From positions 608,001 to 672,000 of the forward strand of contig OY762492.1 of assembly GCA_963665845.2 (NCBI GenBank): a stretch of DNA of 64,000 nucleotides. The letters are read 5' to 3'. The notes under the pieces are model-generated. The model was not told where the DNA came from. It searched no databases and saw only the letters and a program-made list of their open reading frames with translations. The position numbers and the translations under genes were made by a program. Of this stretch, positions 29,613 to 39,176 are shown one piece after another. Each line of letters opens with the position of its first letter. Position 1 is the stretch's first letter. This DNA comes from Candidatus Poribacteria bacterium (GTDB lineage Bacteria; Poribacteria; WGA-4E; GCA-2687025).

Positions 29613-31136
29613 ATGAACATCGCCAAAAAAACGCTCGAGTCGACCGTTCTGGTCGTCGCGGAGGACGCAGAGGGGGAAATCATCGGCATCGGCAGCGGCT
29701 TCTTTGTACGAGAAGGTCTTATCGCCACAAACCAGCATGTGATTGACGAAGCGGCGATCATCGGCGTTCGGATGGTGAACCAAGAGCATTTTCACCCCAT
29801 CGATAGCGTCGCTGCGCAGGACGCGGAACAGGACTTGGCGTTGCTGATCGTCTCGTCTTTGAACGCGCCGGCGCTGCCCCTCGGCGACAGCGATGCGCTC
29901 CAGATCGGAGAGCCGATCTATGCGGTCGGCAACCCGATAGGGTTCCTAGAAGGAACGTTCTCAGACGGACTGGTGAGCGGCATCCGCGGCGCCCTGCCCG
30001 ACAGCAAACTGATACAGATGACAGCTCCCATCTCGGAAGGGAGCAGCGGCGGACCTGTACTGAACGCGAAGGGAGAAGTTGTCGGCGTCTCTACGGCGGA
30101 GATTGCGCTAGGACAAAACCTGAACTTTGCCGTACCTTCGAACGCGCTGAAAAAGCTGATTGGATATGTCGGCCGACCGAATCTTGTTGTTCCGACGCCC
30201 CGCCCCCTGCCGCCCTCTTTGCCTGAGCGGTTTGAAGACTATACGCAGTGGGGGCTGCCGCAAGGCGCCAAAGCCCGCCTCGGCAAAGGATCAATTATCG
30301 AGCTTACATATTCGCCAGATGGTAAAACGATTGCAGTTGCCGGCAGTATTGGCATTTGGATCTACGACGCCCAGACCGGCAGAGAGCTCTCTTTGATACG
30401 TACTACGAGCAACGTCTTTTCCGTGGCGTATTCTCCGGACGGTCGGACGATTGCCAGCGGAAGCATAGACAACACGATTCGAATCTGGAACGCGCAAATA
30501 GGAGGCACTCTCCGAACGCTTCCAGGGCATACGAACAGCGTCTTTTCCGCGGCGTATTCTCCGGACGGTCGGACGATTGCCAGCGGAAGCGTAGACAACA
30601 CGATTCGAATCTGGAACGCGCAAACAGGGGACACTCTCCGAACGCTTATAGGACATACTGACTGGGTCCGTTCTGTGGCGTATTCTCCGGACGGCAGAAC
30701 GCTCGCCAGCGGCAGCGATGACAACACGATTCGAATCTGGAACGCGCAAACAGGGGACACTCTCCGAACGCTTCCAGCGCATATTGACAGGGTCTATTCC
30801 GCGGCATATTCGCCGGATGGCCGGACCATCGCCAGTGGCAGCGCGGACGGCACGATTCGAATCTGGAACGCGCAAACAGGCGCGCATCTCCGAATGCTTA
30901 CAGGGCATACGGACAGCGTCCTTTCCGCGGCGTATTCGCCGGACGGTTGGACCATCGCCAGTGGCAGCGCGGACAGCACGATTCGAATCTGGAACGCGCA
31001 AACAGGCGCGCTTCTCAGAACGCGCGAAGGGCATACAAGCTACGTCTTTTCCGTGGCGTATTCGCCGGACGGCCGGACTATCGCCAGCGGAAGCGACGAC
31101 GGCACCATCCTCCTTTGGGACGTCTCAAATCAATAA
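29613..31136 (+). CDS. Trypsin-like serine protease fused to a 7-blade WD40 propeller
   Basis: GSGF, ATNQHV, DLALL, GSSGGP triad motifs; Pro-rich linker; YTQWGLPQGAKARLGKG; six near-identical 42-aa WD repeats. Confidence 0.92.
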   Translation: MNIAKKTLESTVLVVAEDAEGEIIGIGSGFFVREGLIATNQHVIDEAAIIGVRMVNQEHFHPIDSVAAQDAEQDLALLIVSSLNAPALPLGDSDALQIGEPIYAVGNPIGFLEGTFSDGLVSGIRGALPDSKLIQMTAPISEGSSGGPVLNAKGEVVGVSTAEIALGQNLNFAVPSNALKKLIGYVGRPNLVVPTPRPLPPSLPERFEDYTQWGLPQGAKARLGKGSIIELTYSPDGKTIAVAGSIGIWIYDAQTGRELSLIRTTSNVFSVAYSPDGRTIASGSIDNTIRIWNAQIGGTLRTLPGHTNSVFSAAYSPDGRTIASGSVDNTIRIWNAQTGDTLRTLIGHTDWVRSVAYSPDGRTLASGSDDNTIRIWNAQTGDTLRTLPAHIDRVYSAAYSPDGRTIASGSADGTIRIWNAQTGAHLRMLTGHTDSVLSAAYSPDGWTIASGSADSTIRIWNAQTGALLRTREGHTSYVFSVAYSPDGRTIASGSDDGTILLWDVSNQ

Positions 31137-31147
31137 CCCCCCATGTC

Positions 31148-31948
31148 TTAGTCGTAAGCGCCTGGTCGGTGGTCTCCCATAAGTCGCCTCTGTCTCGGCG
31201 TCGCCCGTTCAAGTACCGCGTCTTCAAACTGAAACCTGTTCAGATACGGCGGATACTTCTGCGTGATCATCCGATGCGCGTAATGAACCTGCAGCAGATA
31301 CCGCGTCTCTTCGCTTGTGTTCGCCGTTCCGCGGTGCCAGACGTCGCTGCGGAACAGGACGGCGTCGCCCGCTTTGCATAGGCAGCTCTGCTCGCCGACG
31401 CCGTTCCATTTGCCGTCCGCTTCAGGCCGGCGCCCTGAACGGTGGCTCCCCGGCACAAAGACGGTCGGACCCAGCTCCTCGTATAGATCGTTCAGATAGT
31501 AATGCGCTGTCGTGATGAAGGCGGGTATCTTGACGCGCGGATCCGCGGCGACATCCTCAGGCAGCGGGACAGGCAGCCAGTCGACATGCAGCCCCTGATC
31601 GGGGCGCCCCGGTCCGGTGACCCATGCGGTCATCCCGATCACATGGCAGTCGCCTCCGTGTACCGCTTCGGCGAGGTCGATCACATCGGGCCAGTCGAGG
31701 CAGGGGAGAAATTCGGGCGCGCGGTTGAAAGCGTTGTTGATATGTTTTTGAAAAAAGCCGCGCTGCTCGGCGGTATGGTATTTGTCAAAACTTTCCGGAA
31801 TCGCGGACAGCGCGTCCATGGCGTCCCGCAGGTTTTTGACCTGCTCGGCGTCCATCGCGTTTTGAAAATAGGCGAAGCCGTCCCTGTCAAACGCTTCGAT
31901 GCGTTCTTCCAGCGTGTCAAAAGGGTTCAGTTTTAAAGATTCTCTCAT
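31148..31948 (-). CDS. Phytanoyl-CoA dioxygenase (PhyH) family Fe/2OG enzyme
   Basis: FDRDGF, LHVD (HxD), VPGSH, GDAVLF..WHRG. Confidence 0.85.
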   Translation of the reverse strand: MRESLKLNPFDTLEERIEAFDRDGFAYFQNAMDAEQVKNLRDAMDALSAIPESFDKYHTAEQRGFFQKHINNAFNRAPEFLPCLDWPDVIDLAEAVHGGDCHVIGMTAWVTGPGRPDQGLHVDWLPVPLPEDVAADPRVKIPAFITTAHYYLNDLYEELGPTVFVPGSHRSGRRPEADGKWNGVGEQSCLCKAGDAVLFRSDVWHRGTANTSEETRYLLQVHYAHRMITQKYPPYLNRFQFEDAVLERATPRQRRLMGDHRPGAYD

Positions 31949-32056
31949 CTGCCAGCCTTGTAGAATTTGAGTTGCGCTCATCATACGGCTTAAGCGGTTT
32001 CGGCGCAAGGGGGGGTTCCTAGACTCCTCTTTGAAAGGGGGTTTAAAGGGCGGCGC

Positions 32057-32240
32057 GGCGGCGCCTTAAGATTCCCGCTTACGCGGGAATGACAGGGACA
32101 GGCGGCGCCTTAAGATTCCCGCTTACGCGGGAATGACAGGGACAGGCGGCGCCTTAAGATTCCCGCTTACGCGGGAATGACAGGGACAGGCGGCGCCTTA
32201 AGATTCCCGCTTACGCGGGAATGACAGGGACAGGCGGCGC
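32057..32240. repeat. Perfect tandem array, 4 x 44 bp, of the repeat core
   Basis: Unit ggcggcgccttaagattcccgcttacgcgggaatgacagggaca at 32057, 32101, 32145 and 32189; no spacers. Confidence 0.95.
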
Positions 32241-32304
32241 GGACGCTATGGGCGTACCCGCCTGCGATCCGTCGCCGTTGTTGCGCGTCCGCCTTCGCCA
32301 TGTT

Positions 32305-32326
32305 ATATTTAGCTAAGGCTAAATAT
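32305..32326. promoter_or_regulatory. DtxR/MntR-type operator
   Basis: ATATTTAGC-TAAG-GCTAAATAT palindrome (TTTAG-N6-CTAAA) directly upstream of the metal ABC operon. Confidence 0.75.
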
Positions 32327-32345
32327 GAACGGGAGAGGGTATTTG

Positions 32346-33293
32346 ATGACGCCGCGCCTCGCATTGCTGCTCATTTCTACGGCGGTCGGTTGGAGCTTTC
32401 TATCAGGCTGCGGAAACAAACCGGACGCCCAGGAACCGTCCGACGACGGCAAGCTCCGCATTGTCGCGACGACCGGCATGGTCGGCGACCTTGTCAACAA
32501 CATCGGCGGCAGCCGCGTTCAGACGACAACGCTCATGGGTCCCGGCGTAGACCCGCACCTTTACAAGGCGACGCCCAGCGACGCCGCCGCCCTGCGCAGC
32601 GCGGACATGATCTTCTACAACGGGCTTTTTCTAGAAGGCAAAATGTCGGAGCTGTTTGAACAAATCGAAAAGCAGGGGGGAGATGTGATAGCGGTCGCTG
32701 AAGCGGTTGACCAAGCGCGTTTGATTGATCTGCCGCAGCTGGAGCATTACGACCCGCATATATGGTTTGACGTTTCGCTTTGGGCGGAATGCGTTCCGGT
32801 CGTTCAGGAGGCATTGACCAAAAAAGACCCTGACGGAGCGGACGAGTACCGCCAAAATGCCGAGGCGTATGCAAAAGAGCTGGAGGCGCTGGGCGAATGG
32901 TGCGCGGAGCAGGCGCGCTTGATACCCGAAGAGCGGCGCATTCTTGTTACAAGCCATGACGCTTTCGGTTATTTTGGGCGGGCGTACGGGTTTCAAGTGG
33001 TCGGCTTGCAGGGCATTTCGACGATACTATCGCCAGGGCATGCAGACATCGTGAACCTGGTCGACTTTATTCGACAGCATCAGGCGCCGGCGATCTTTGT
33101 GGAATCCAGCGTCCCAAGAGGCGCCATTGAGCGCGTCGCCGAGGACGCAGGCGTCCAAATCGGCGGCGAGCTGTTTTCAGACGCCATGGGCGCCGAAGGA
33201 ACGCCCGAAGGAACCTACATCGGCATGGCGCGCCATAACATGCGTACCATCGTGGACGCCCTGTCGCGCAAAACGGAGCGCGAGTCGGAATGA
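32346..33293 (+). CDS. Mn/Zn ABC transporter substrate-binding lipoprotein (TroA/MntA-like)
   Basis: Lipobox LSGC, GPGVDPHLY, YDPHIW, TSHDAFGYF, LFSDAMG; alternative start 32325. Confidence 0.93.
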   Translation: MTPRLALLLISTAVGWSFLSGCGNKPDAQEPSDDGKLRIVATTGMVGDLVNNIGGSRVQTTTLMGPGVDPHLYKATPSDAAALRSADMIFYNGLFLEGKMSELFEQIEKQGGDVIAVAEAVDQARLIDLPQLEHYDPHIWFDVSLWAECVPVVQEALTKKDPDGADEYRQNAEAYAKELEALGEWCAEQARLIPEERRILVTSHDAFGYFGRAYGFQVVGLQGISTILSPGHADIVNLVDFIRQHQAPAIFVESSVPRGAIERVAEDAGVQIGGELFSDAMGAEGTPEGTYIGMARHNMRTIVDALSRKTERESE

Positions 33294-34048
33294 TCCCGGC
33301 AATTGAAACGCACAACCTAACGGTCAGCTACAGCAAGCGCCCTGTTCTTTGGAATGTGGATGTCGCTATTCCGCAGGGGCGTCTTGTCGGGGTGATTGGA
33401 CCGAACGGCGCGGGCAAAAGCACGCTCTTGAAAACAACGATGGGGCTGCTGCCCGCCTCTTCAGGTTGGGTGAAGATTTTCGGCAAACCGATCAAAGAGG
33501 CGCGGCGGCGGGTCGCTTATGTCCCCCAGCGCGAATCGGTCGATTGGGACTTTCCCGTCACGGCGCTGGATGTCGTTCTCATGGGTCGATACGGCCGCCT
33601 CGGCTGGTTTGGGCGTCTCAAGGCGTCGGACCGGCAAGCCGCTCAAGAGGCGCTTCAAAAGGTCGGGATGGCGGCGTTCGCCCGCCGGCAGATTTCAAAC
33701 CTGTCGGGCGGTCAGCAACAGCGCGTTTTTCTGGCGCGGGCGTTGGCGCAGGAAACGGACGTCTATTTGATGGATGAGCCGTTTGTGGGAGTGGACGCTG
33801 CGACGGAGAAGGCGATCCTGGAGCTGTTGAGCGAGCTTCGGGAGCGCGGCAAGACAGTTCTTGTTGTCAGCCATGATCTCGACTCGGCGCGGCGGAACTG
33901 CGACGATCTGCTTCTATTGAACATGCGCGTTGTCGCTTACGGGCCGGCTAAAGAGGTGTTCACGCCCGCGCTGCTTCAAAAAACATACGGCGGGCGTTTG
34001 ACGATACTCTCCGACGCGGCGGACGCGGTCTGGGAGGCGAAGCGTTGA
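33290..34048 (+). CDS. Mn/Zn ABC transporter ATPase (TroB/MntB-like)
   Basis: GPNGAGKST, YVPQRESVDWDFP, LSGGQQQR, MDEPF. Confidence 0.95.
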   Translation: MIPAIETHNLTVSYSKRPVLWNVDVAIPQGRLVGVIGPNGAGKSTLLKTTMGLLPASSGWVKIFGKPIKEARRRVAYVPQRESVDWDFPVTALDVVLMGRYGRLGWFGRLKASDRQAAQEALQKVGMAAFARRQISNLSGGQQQRVFLARALAQETDVYLMDEPFVGVDAATEKAILELLSELRERGKTVLVVSHDLDSARRNCDDLLLLNMRVVAYGPAKEVFTPALLQKTYGGRLTILSDAADAVWEAKR

Positions 34049-35343
34049 GACCAAGACGGCTGGCAGTCGGAGCGGGGCTGTGGACGGCGGCCGCTCTCGC
34101 CCGCGCCGAACGCATCGCGGACATGGACATCGGCGGCGGCTGGCTTGACCAAGCGTACCGGTTCCTGCAGATGTCGGACGCTTCGGTGCGGATTGGCGCC
34201 GTCGGGTCGATTCTATTGGGCGTTTTGTGCGGCGCGTTAGGGTCTTTTATCGTCCTGCGCGGTTTGTCGCTCATTGGCGACACTCTGGGGCATGCCGTTC
34301 TGCCTGGCGTCGCGGTCGGTTTTCTAGCGGCTGGAGCGAAGGCGCCCGGACCGATCTTTATTGGCGCGATGGCGGCAGGAGCCGCCGCGGCGGGATGCAT
34401 GGGCGTCGCCACGCGGTATTCCCGCGTCAAACCGGACGCGGCGATGGGCATTGTCCTGTCCGGTTTTTTCGGTTTAGGGATCGTTCTGTTGACGCGCATT
34501 CAAAAGATGCCCTCGTTTGGAAATCAGAGCGGTCTCGACAATTTTCTCTTTGGACAAGCCGCCGCCATGAGCGTTGGCGATCTTGTCTGGCTTGCGTCGG
34601 TCGCGGCGCTTTGCTTGGCGGTCATATTGGTTTTTTTCAAGCAGTTTGCCGCGGTCAGTTTTGACGAAATCTACGCCCATTCCATCGGCATACCGATTCG
34701 GCTGTTCCACTGGCTGTTGATGTGCATGCTGACAGCCGCTGTGGTCGTCTCGATTCAAGCCGCCGGCGTCGTTCTCGTCTCGGCGATGCTTGTCATTCCC
34801 GCTTCGACCGCGTATCTGTTGACAGATCGGTTGCCGCATTTGACGCTCATGTCGGCTGCAATCGGGGCTTTTTCTGGGTTGATGGGTTCGTTCATCAGCT
34901 TTCTGGGTCCCAGTTTGCCGACGGGTCCGCTGATGGTTTTGTGCGCCGCGTTTCTTTTTGCGCTTGCGTACGGTTTTTCGCCTCGGCATGGGGTTCTGAC
35001 GCGCATGATGCGCAGGCGGTCCAACCGCAAACGGGCGGCGCTGGAAGACGCCCTGCGCGAGTTGCTGAAAGGGGGCGCCGTTGAGCCGCGCGCCGGCGCG
35101 GAGCTCGTCCGGCAAGGTCTCGCCCAAAGCGGCGGGGGCAGAAACCTGATCCTCACCAAAGAAGGACATGCCCGCGCGGAACGAATCCGCCGCAACAGAG
35201 AGCTGTGGGAACTGTACCTCACCCGCGAGGCTGAAATCGCTCTTGACCATGCCCAAGAAGACTCGGAAGAGATTGAGCATTTGCTTGGAACCGAGATCGT
35301 TCAGCGGTTGGAAGAAGAGCTGGAAAAAGGACGCGCCGAATGA
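34045..35343 (+). CDS. Metal ABC permease with C-terminal degenerate DtxR domain
   Basis: GDTLGHAVLPG, LFGQAA; tail LTKEG..RAERIRRNRELWELYL..DHAQEDSEEIEH. Confidence 0.88.
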   Translation: MRPRRLAVGAGLWTAAALARAERIADMDIGGGWLDQAYRFLQMSDASVRIGAVGSILLGVLCGALGSFIVLRGLSLIGDTLGHAVLPGVAVGFLAAGAKAPGPIFIGAMAAGAAAAGCMGVATRYSRVKPDAAMGIVLSGFFGLGIVLLTRIQKMPSFGNQSGLDNFLFGQAAAMSVGDLVWLASVAALCLAVILVFFKQFAAVSFDEIYAHSIGIPIRLFHWLLMCMLTAAVVVSIQAAGVVLVSAMLVIPASTAYLLTDRLPHLTLMSAAIGAFSGLMGSFISFLGPSLPTGPLMVLCAAFLFALAYGFSPRHGVLTRMMRRRSNRKRAALEDALRELLKGGAVEPRAGAELVRQGLAQSGGGRNLILTKEGHARAERIRRNRELWELYLTREAEIALDHAQEDSEEIEHLLGTEIVQRLEEELEKGRAE

Positions 35344-36689
35344 ACGATCTGATACCGCCTTTCGAATGGACGCGGGTCTTCGTTGACCAGTGGACAGGCG
35401 CCGCCAATATCGACGCTTCCTTCTGGGTGGTGGCGACGGGCGCGCTGGCGGCAATTTCCTGCGGAATTGTCGGTTGTTTTCTGATACTGCGCGGCATGGC
35501 GATGATCGGAGACGCGGTCAGCCATGCGGTCTTGCCGGGCATTGCAGCCGCCTTTCTGTTATCAGGTTCGCGCGCCTCTTTTCCGATGTTTCTCGGCGCC
35601 GCTGTCGTCGGCGTTTTGACGGCGGCGCTCATTGAGGCGGTCTATAAAAGCAGCCGCATCAAGGCGGACGCTTCGATGGGCGTCGTCTTTACGGCGCTGT
35701 TCGCGTTCGGTGTACTACTCATCTCGCTCATGGCGGACAAGGTGGACCTTGACCAGGAATGCGTTCTCTACGGCGAGATCGCCTTCGTCCCGTTTGAAGC
35801 GCGCGCCGAATGGTTTGGATGGACGGCGGGGCCGGAATCGACGATGATTTTGCTGTGCGCGGCGCTGGTCGTTATTGGGGGGGTCGTTCTGTTTTACCGC
35901 CCGCTGCTCATCTCCTCCTTCGATCCGCAGCTGGCGACATCGATGGGCGTCAGCGCCGCCGTTGTTCATTACGGCCTTATGACGGTTCTGTCGCTGACAG
36001 TCGTATGCTCTTTTGAGGCGGTCGGCGCGATACTTGTCATTGCGATGCTCATTGCGCCCGGCGCGACCGCGTATCTTTTTACGGACAGGCTGTCGACGAT
36101 GCTTTGGATCTCGGCGGGGCATGGTCTGTTCTGCGCCCTCGCCGGCTGGCATTTGAGCGTCTGGCTCGACTGTTCAACCGCCGGCGCGATGGCGGTTGTC
36201 GGCGCGGGTCTCTTTTTTACGGCGCTGGTTCTGTCGCCTCGTCATGGGCTGCTGTCTCGGTTGACGCGGAGGGTTCAGCTGACGCGCCGCGTCGCGGAAG
36301 AGAACGCGCTGGGCGCGCTCTACCGCTCTCAAGAAGAAGGGCGCGAACCGCTCGCGTCGGCGTCGCTGGCGGAGCGTCTCGGCGCGTCGGCGGGCGGGGC
36401 GATGCGCGTTTTTAAGCGGCTTCGGCGGAGAGGATGGGCGGTTCAAGACGGCGCGGGAACGCTCGCCTTGACGGAAGCGGGAATGGGGCGCGCCGCGCAA
36501 CTGCTGCGCGCCCATCGCCTGTGGGAAACGCTGTTGAGCAACGAGGTCGGCCTTCCCGACGATCATCTCCACAGCGCCGCGCATCTGCTGGAGCATTACA
36601 TCGACAAAGAGACGCTGGAGGCGTTGTCCAACACGCTTGGAAATCCGAGCGTCGACCCGCACGGACGCCCCATTCCGAAAGCCGATTAG
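35340..36689 (+). CDS. Metal ABC permease fused to a DtxR/MntR repressor domain
   Basis: GDAVSHAVLPG, VDLDQECVLYGEI; tail ENALGALY..HTH..LTEAG..RAHRLWE..LEH..DPHGRPIP. Confidence 0.9.
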   Translation: MNDLIPPFEWTRVFVDQWTGAANIDASFWVVATGALAAISCGIVGCFLILRGMAMIGDAVSHAVLPGIAAAFLLSGSRASFPMFLGAAVVGVLTAALIEAVYKSSRIKADASMGVVFTALFAFGVLLISLMADKVDLDQECVLYGEIAFVPFEARAEWFGWTAGPESTMILLCAALVVIGGVVLFYRPLLISSFDPQLATSMGVSAAVVHYGLMTVLSLTVVCSFEAVGAILVIAMLIAPGATAYLFTDRLSTMLWISAGHGLFCALAGWHLSVWLDCSTAGAMAVVGAGLFFTALVLSPRHGLLSRLTRRVQLTRRVAEENALGALYRSQEEGREPLASASLAERLGASAGGAMRVFKRLRRRGWAVQDGAGTLALTEAGMGRAAQLLRAHRLWETLLSNEVGLPDDHLHSAAHLLEHYIDKETLEALSNTLGNPSVDPHGRPIPKAD

Positions 36690-36855
36690 CCTGTCAGCGC
36701 CGCCAACCTGGCCGTCATTCCCGCGTAAGCGGGAATCTTAAGGCATCCAGCCGCCGCGCACGTCCTTTAAACCCCTAGCGCCATTTTCAAGGGGAATCGG
36801 ACGCGGCGCCGCGTATATCTCTGTATGAGCGTACTACCCTGTCAGCGCCGCCAAC
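36690..36855 (+). repeat. Mosaic repeat flanked by an 18-bp direct repeat
   Basis: cctgtcagcgccgccaac at 36690-36707 and 36838-36855 surrounding the core plus family-B right arm. Confidence 0.85.
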
Positions 36856-37886
36856 TTTGCCTGCACATCAACCGTCCGGTTCGTTTGCGACGCTTCAATC
36901 GCGCCGAACAGCAGAGCCGCGCTCTTGATGTTGTCCGAAAGAGCGGACGGGGGAGCCTCGCCTCCGTCCAGCCATTCCAAAAACTGATGCACAATTGCAT
37001 GATGCCCGCCCCATTGCGGCGAGACGCGCTCCGCCTCCTCAACGGCGACGCCTTGCCCCGGCGTGTGTTTCAGGACGCGCACAACGCCGTCCCTGTCCAC
37101 AACCGCGGCGCCTTCGTCGCCTTCAACGCGGTAGTATTCCGCGTGCCAGCTGTTCTGGTCGGCGGCGGCGAGGCAGTTGCCTTCGTAATGGGCGTAGACG
37201 CCGTTGTTGAGCCGCATGACGTAGGTTCCGCAGCATTCGCCGTCGAAGCTTTCATGGTCGGGGTTCCATTCCCAGCCGGCGACCGTGTCGCAGTCGGCCC
37301 CCGCAATGTTGCGTATCTGATCAAAGTGGTGAACCGAGCCTTCCACGAGCAGCGTATGGTCAATCTCATGGCGGAACGCGCCCCATGCGCCGCGGCGCCT
37401 GTAATCTGCCGAAAAACGGGACATGATGTAATTTGGACGTCCGACCGCGCCCGATTCGACCGCATGTTTCAGGGTCATGATGCGCGGAGTGTACCGGTAA
37501 TTCTGCGTGATCTGCATCTTCACGCCCGCTTTTTGAACCGCGCGGTAGATCGCCTCGCAGTCTTCCCAGCTGTCCGCAATCGGTTTTTCGCTCAAGACAT
37601 GCATGCCCGCTTCGGCGGCTCCGACAGCCGCTTCTCGGTGTACGGCGGGCGGTATCACCACAACGGCAAAATCGGCTTCGACCGATTCAAACGCTTTATG
37701 CATGTCGGTGAAACGCCTGGACGCGGGCAGCTCCAGAAAATCGCCCTGATCGTTCAGGACATTCTCCCGTATTTCCGCCAGCGCGACCACCTCCATCCGG
37801 TCAAAAAACGGCGGCATGAAACTGCGTATCCAGCCGCCCGCCATGCCTCCCGCTCCGATCATAATGCATCGATGCTTATCGCTCAT
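36834..37886 (-). CDS. Gfo/Idh/MocA-family oxidoreductase
   Basis: IGAGGMA, HVLSEKPIA, QNYRY, EGSVHHFD. Confidence 0.9.
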   Translation of the reverse strand: MSDKHRCIMIGAGGMAGGWIRSFMPPFFDRMEVVALAEIRENVLNDQGDFLELPASRRFTDMHKAFESVEADFAVVVIPPAVHREAAVGAAEAGMHVLSEKPIADSWEDCEAIYRAVQKAGVKMQITQNYRYTPRIMTLKHAVESGAVGRPNYIMSRFSADYRRRGAWGAFRHEIDHTLLVEGSVHHFDQIRNIAGADCDTVAGWEWNPDHESFDGECCGTYVMRLNNGVYAHYEGNCLAAADQNSWHAEYYRVEGDEGAAVVDRDGVVRVLKHTPGQGVAVEEAERVSPQWGGHHAIVHQFLEWLDGGEAPPSALSDNIKSAALLFGAIEASQTNRTVDVQAKLAALTG

Positions 37887-39085
37887 CTGTCGCCTTTCTC
37901 TTTGATCAAGCGCGCCGTTTCACGCGCCACAATGTACTCTTCGTTGGCTGAAACGGTCATGATCGCGGCTTCGCTGTCGTTTGACGAAAGGATGCCTTCG
38001 CCTTGAACCGTTTCGTTACGCGCCGCGTCCAGCTTTAAACCGAGGCGCTCCATGTCAGCGCAGACGGCTTGGCGGGTTGCGGCGCTCCGTTCGCCGATTC
38101 CGCCGGTGAACGCGAGGATGTCCACTCCGCCCAGCGCCGCCGCGTAGGCGCCGACCGCTTTCTTGACGCCGTAATGGAAAGCGTCCAGAGCCAACGCCGC
38201 ATTGTCGTCTTCTTTTTCGGCTGCGTCAAGCAAATCGCGCAGATCGCCGCCGGGAATGCCGGACACGCCCGCTAAACCGGCGTTTGTCATCAGCTCGCGC
38301 GAAATCTCCTCAACGCTCATGCCGTGAACGCTCATGAGATAGATCAGAATGAACGGGTCGAGATCGCCGCATCGGGTGCTTTGCAGCGCGCCGCTCTGGG
38401 CGCTGAACGACATCGTTACATCGATGGACTTCCCGCCCAATACAGCGCAGAGAGACGAACTTCCGCCGAGGTGGCAGGAGATGAGACGGAGCGGCTCCCG
38501 CCCGATTTTCAGCCCATGCTCCTTCATGATCTGCGGCGCGCGTTCCGAAACCCAGCGGTGCGAGGCGCCATGGAACCCGTATCGGCGCAAGCCATGCCGT
38601 TCCGCCCAAGCGCGCGGCAAGCCCAGCTCGCGCGCATGCGGCGGAATCGTCTCATGGAACGCCGTCTCAAAAACGGCCGCCAGCGGAACGTCCGGCGTCA
38701 GCGATTGGAAGGTTCGTATGCACGCAAGATAGGCGGGATTATGAATCGGCATGACAGGGATATACGCCTCCAAACCGGCGATCACATGCTCATCGATCAG
38801 CGTCGAACGGGTGAAGCCCTTTGCGAAGACCGTTTTGAACCCGACGCCGTCTAAGCGCGGGGCGCGCGTCTTATTCAAGAAATCGATCGCATGCCGAACC
38901 GCCGGCAGATGGTCGGGCGCCTTCAACGCGCCTTCCGCGCGGGTCTCGCCGTATCGGTATTGAAACGCGGAGGCGTTTCCGCCGATGCGCTCTACAGCGC
39001 CTTGCGCCAGGACGGTTTCAGCCGCCGCGTTGAAAAGTTTGAATTTGAAAGAGGAGCTGCCTGCGTTGACGGCTAGGATGTTCAT
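37883..39085 (-). CDS. ackA: Acetate/propionate kinase
   Basis: NAGSSSFK, FETAFH, RRYGFHGASH, CHLGGSSS, TRCGDLDP, FTGGIGE, ANEE. Confidence 0.9.
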   Translation of the reverse strand: MNILAVNAGSSSFKFKLFNAAAETVLAQGAVERIGGNASAFQYRYGETRAEGALKAPDHLPAVRHAIDFLNKTRAPRLDGVGFKTVFAKGFTRSTLIDEHVIAGLEAYIPVMPIHNPAYLACIRTFQSLTPDVPLAAVFETAFHETIPPHARELGLPRAWAERHGLRRYGFHGASHRWVSERAPQIMKEHGLKIGREPLRLISCHLGGSSSLCAVLGGKSIDVTMSFSAQSGALQSTRCGDLDPFILIYLMSVHGMSVEEISRELMTNAGLAGVSGIPGGDLRDLLDAAEKEDDNAALALDAFHYGVKKAVGAYAAALGGVDILAFTGGIGERSAATRQAVCADMERLGLKLDAARNETVQGEGILSSNDSEAAIMTVSANEEYIVARETARLIKEKGDR

Positions 39086-39176
39086 TTTCGGTCTCCGCGG
39101 TCTTGGGTTGAAAGTTGGCGCTGTTTTTGCGTCATACGGGTTTGAACGGCGAATAGCGGCGCGTTTTTGAGCCCGC

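Noticed and set aside
32057-32240. CRISPR array
   Set aside because: The 44-bp units are contiguous and identical, with no unique spacers and no cas genes; the unit is the dispersed repeat core
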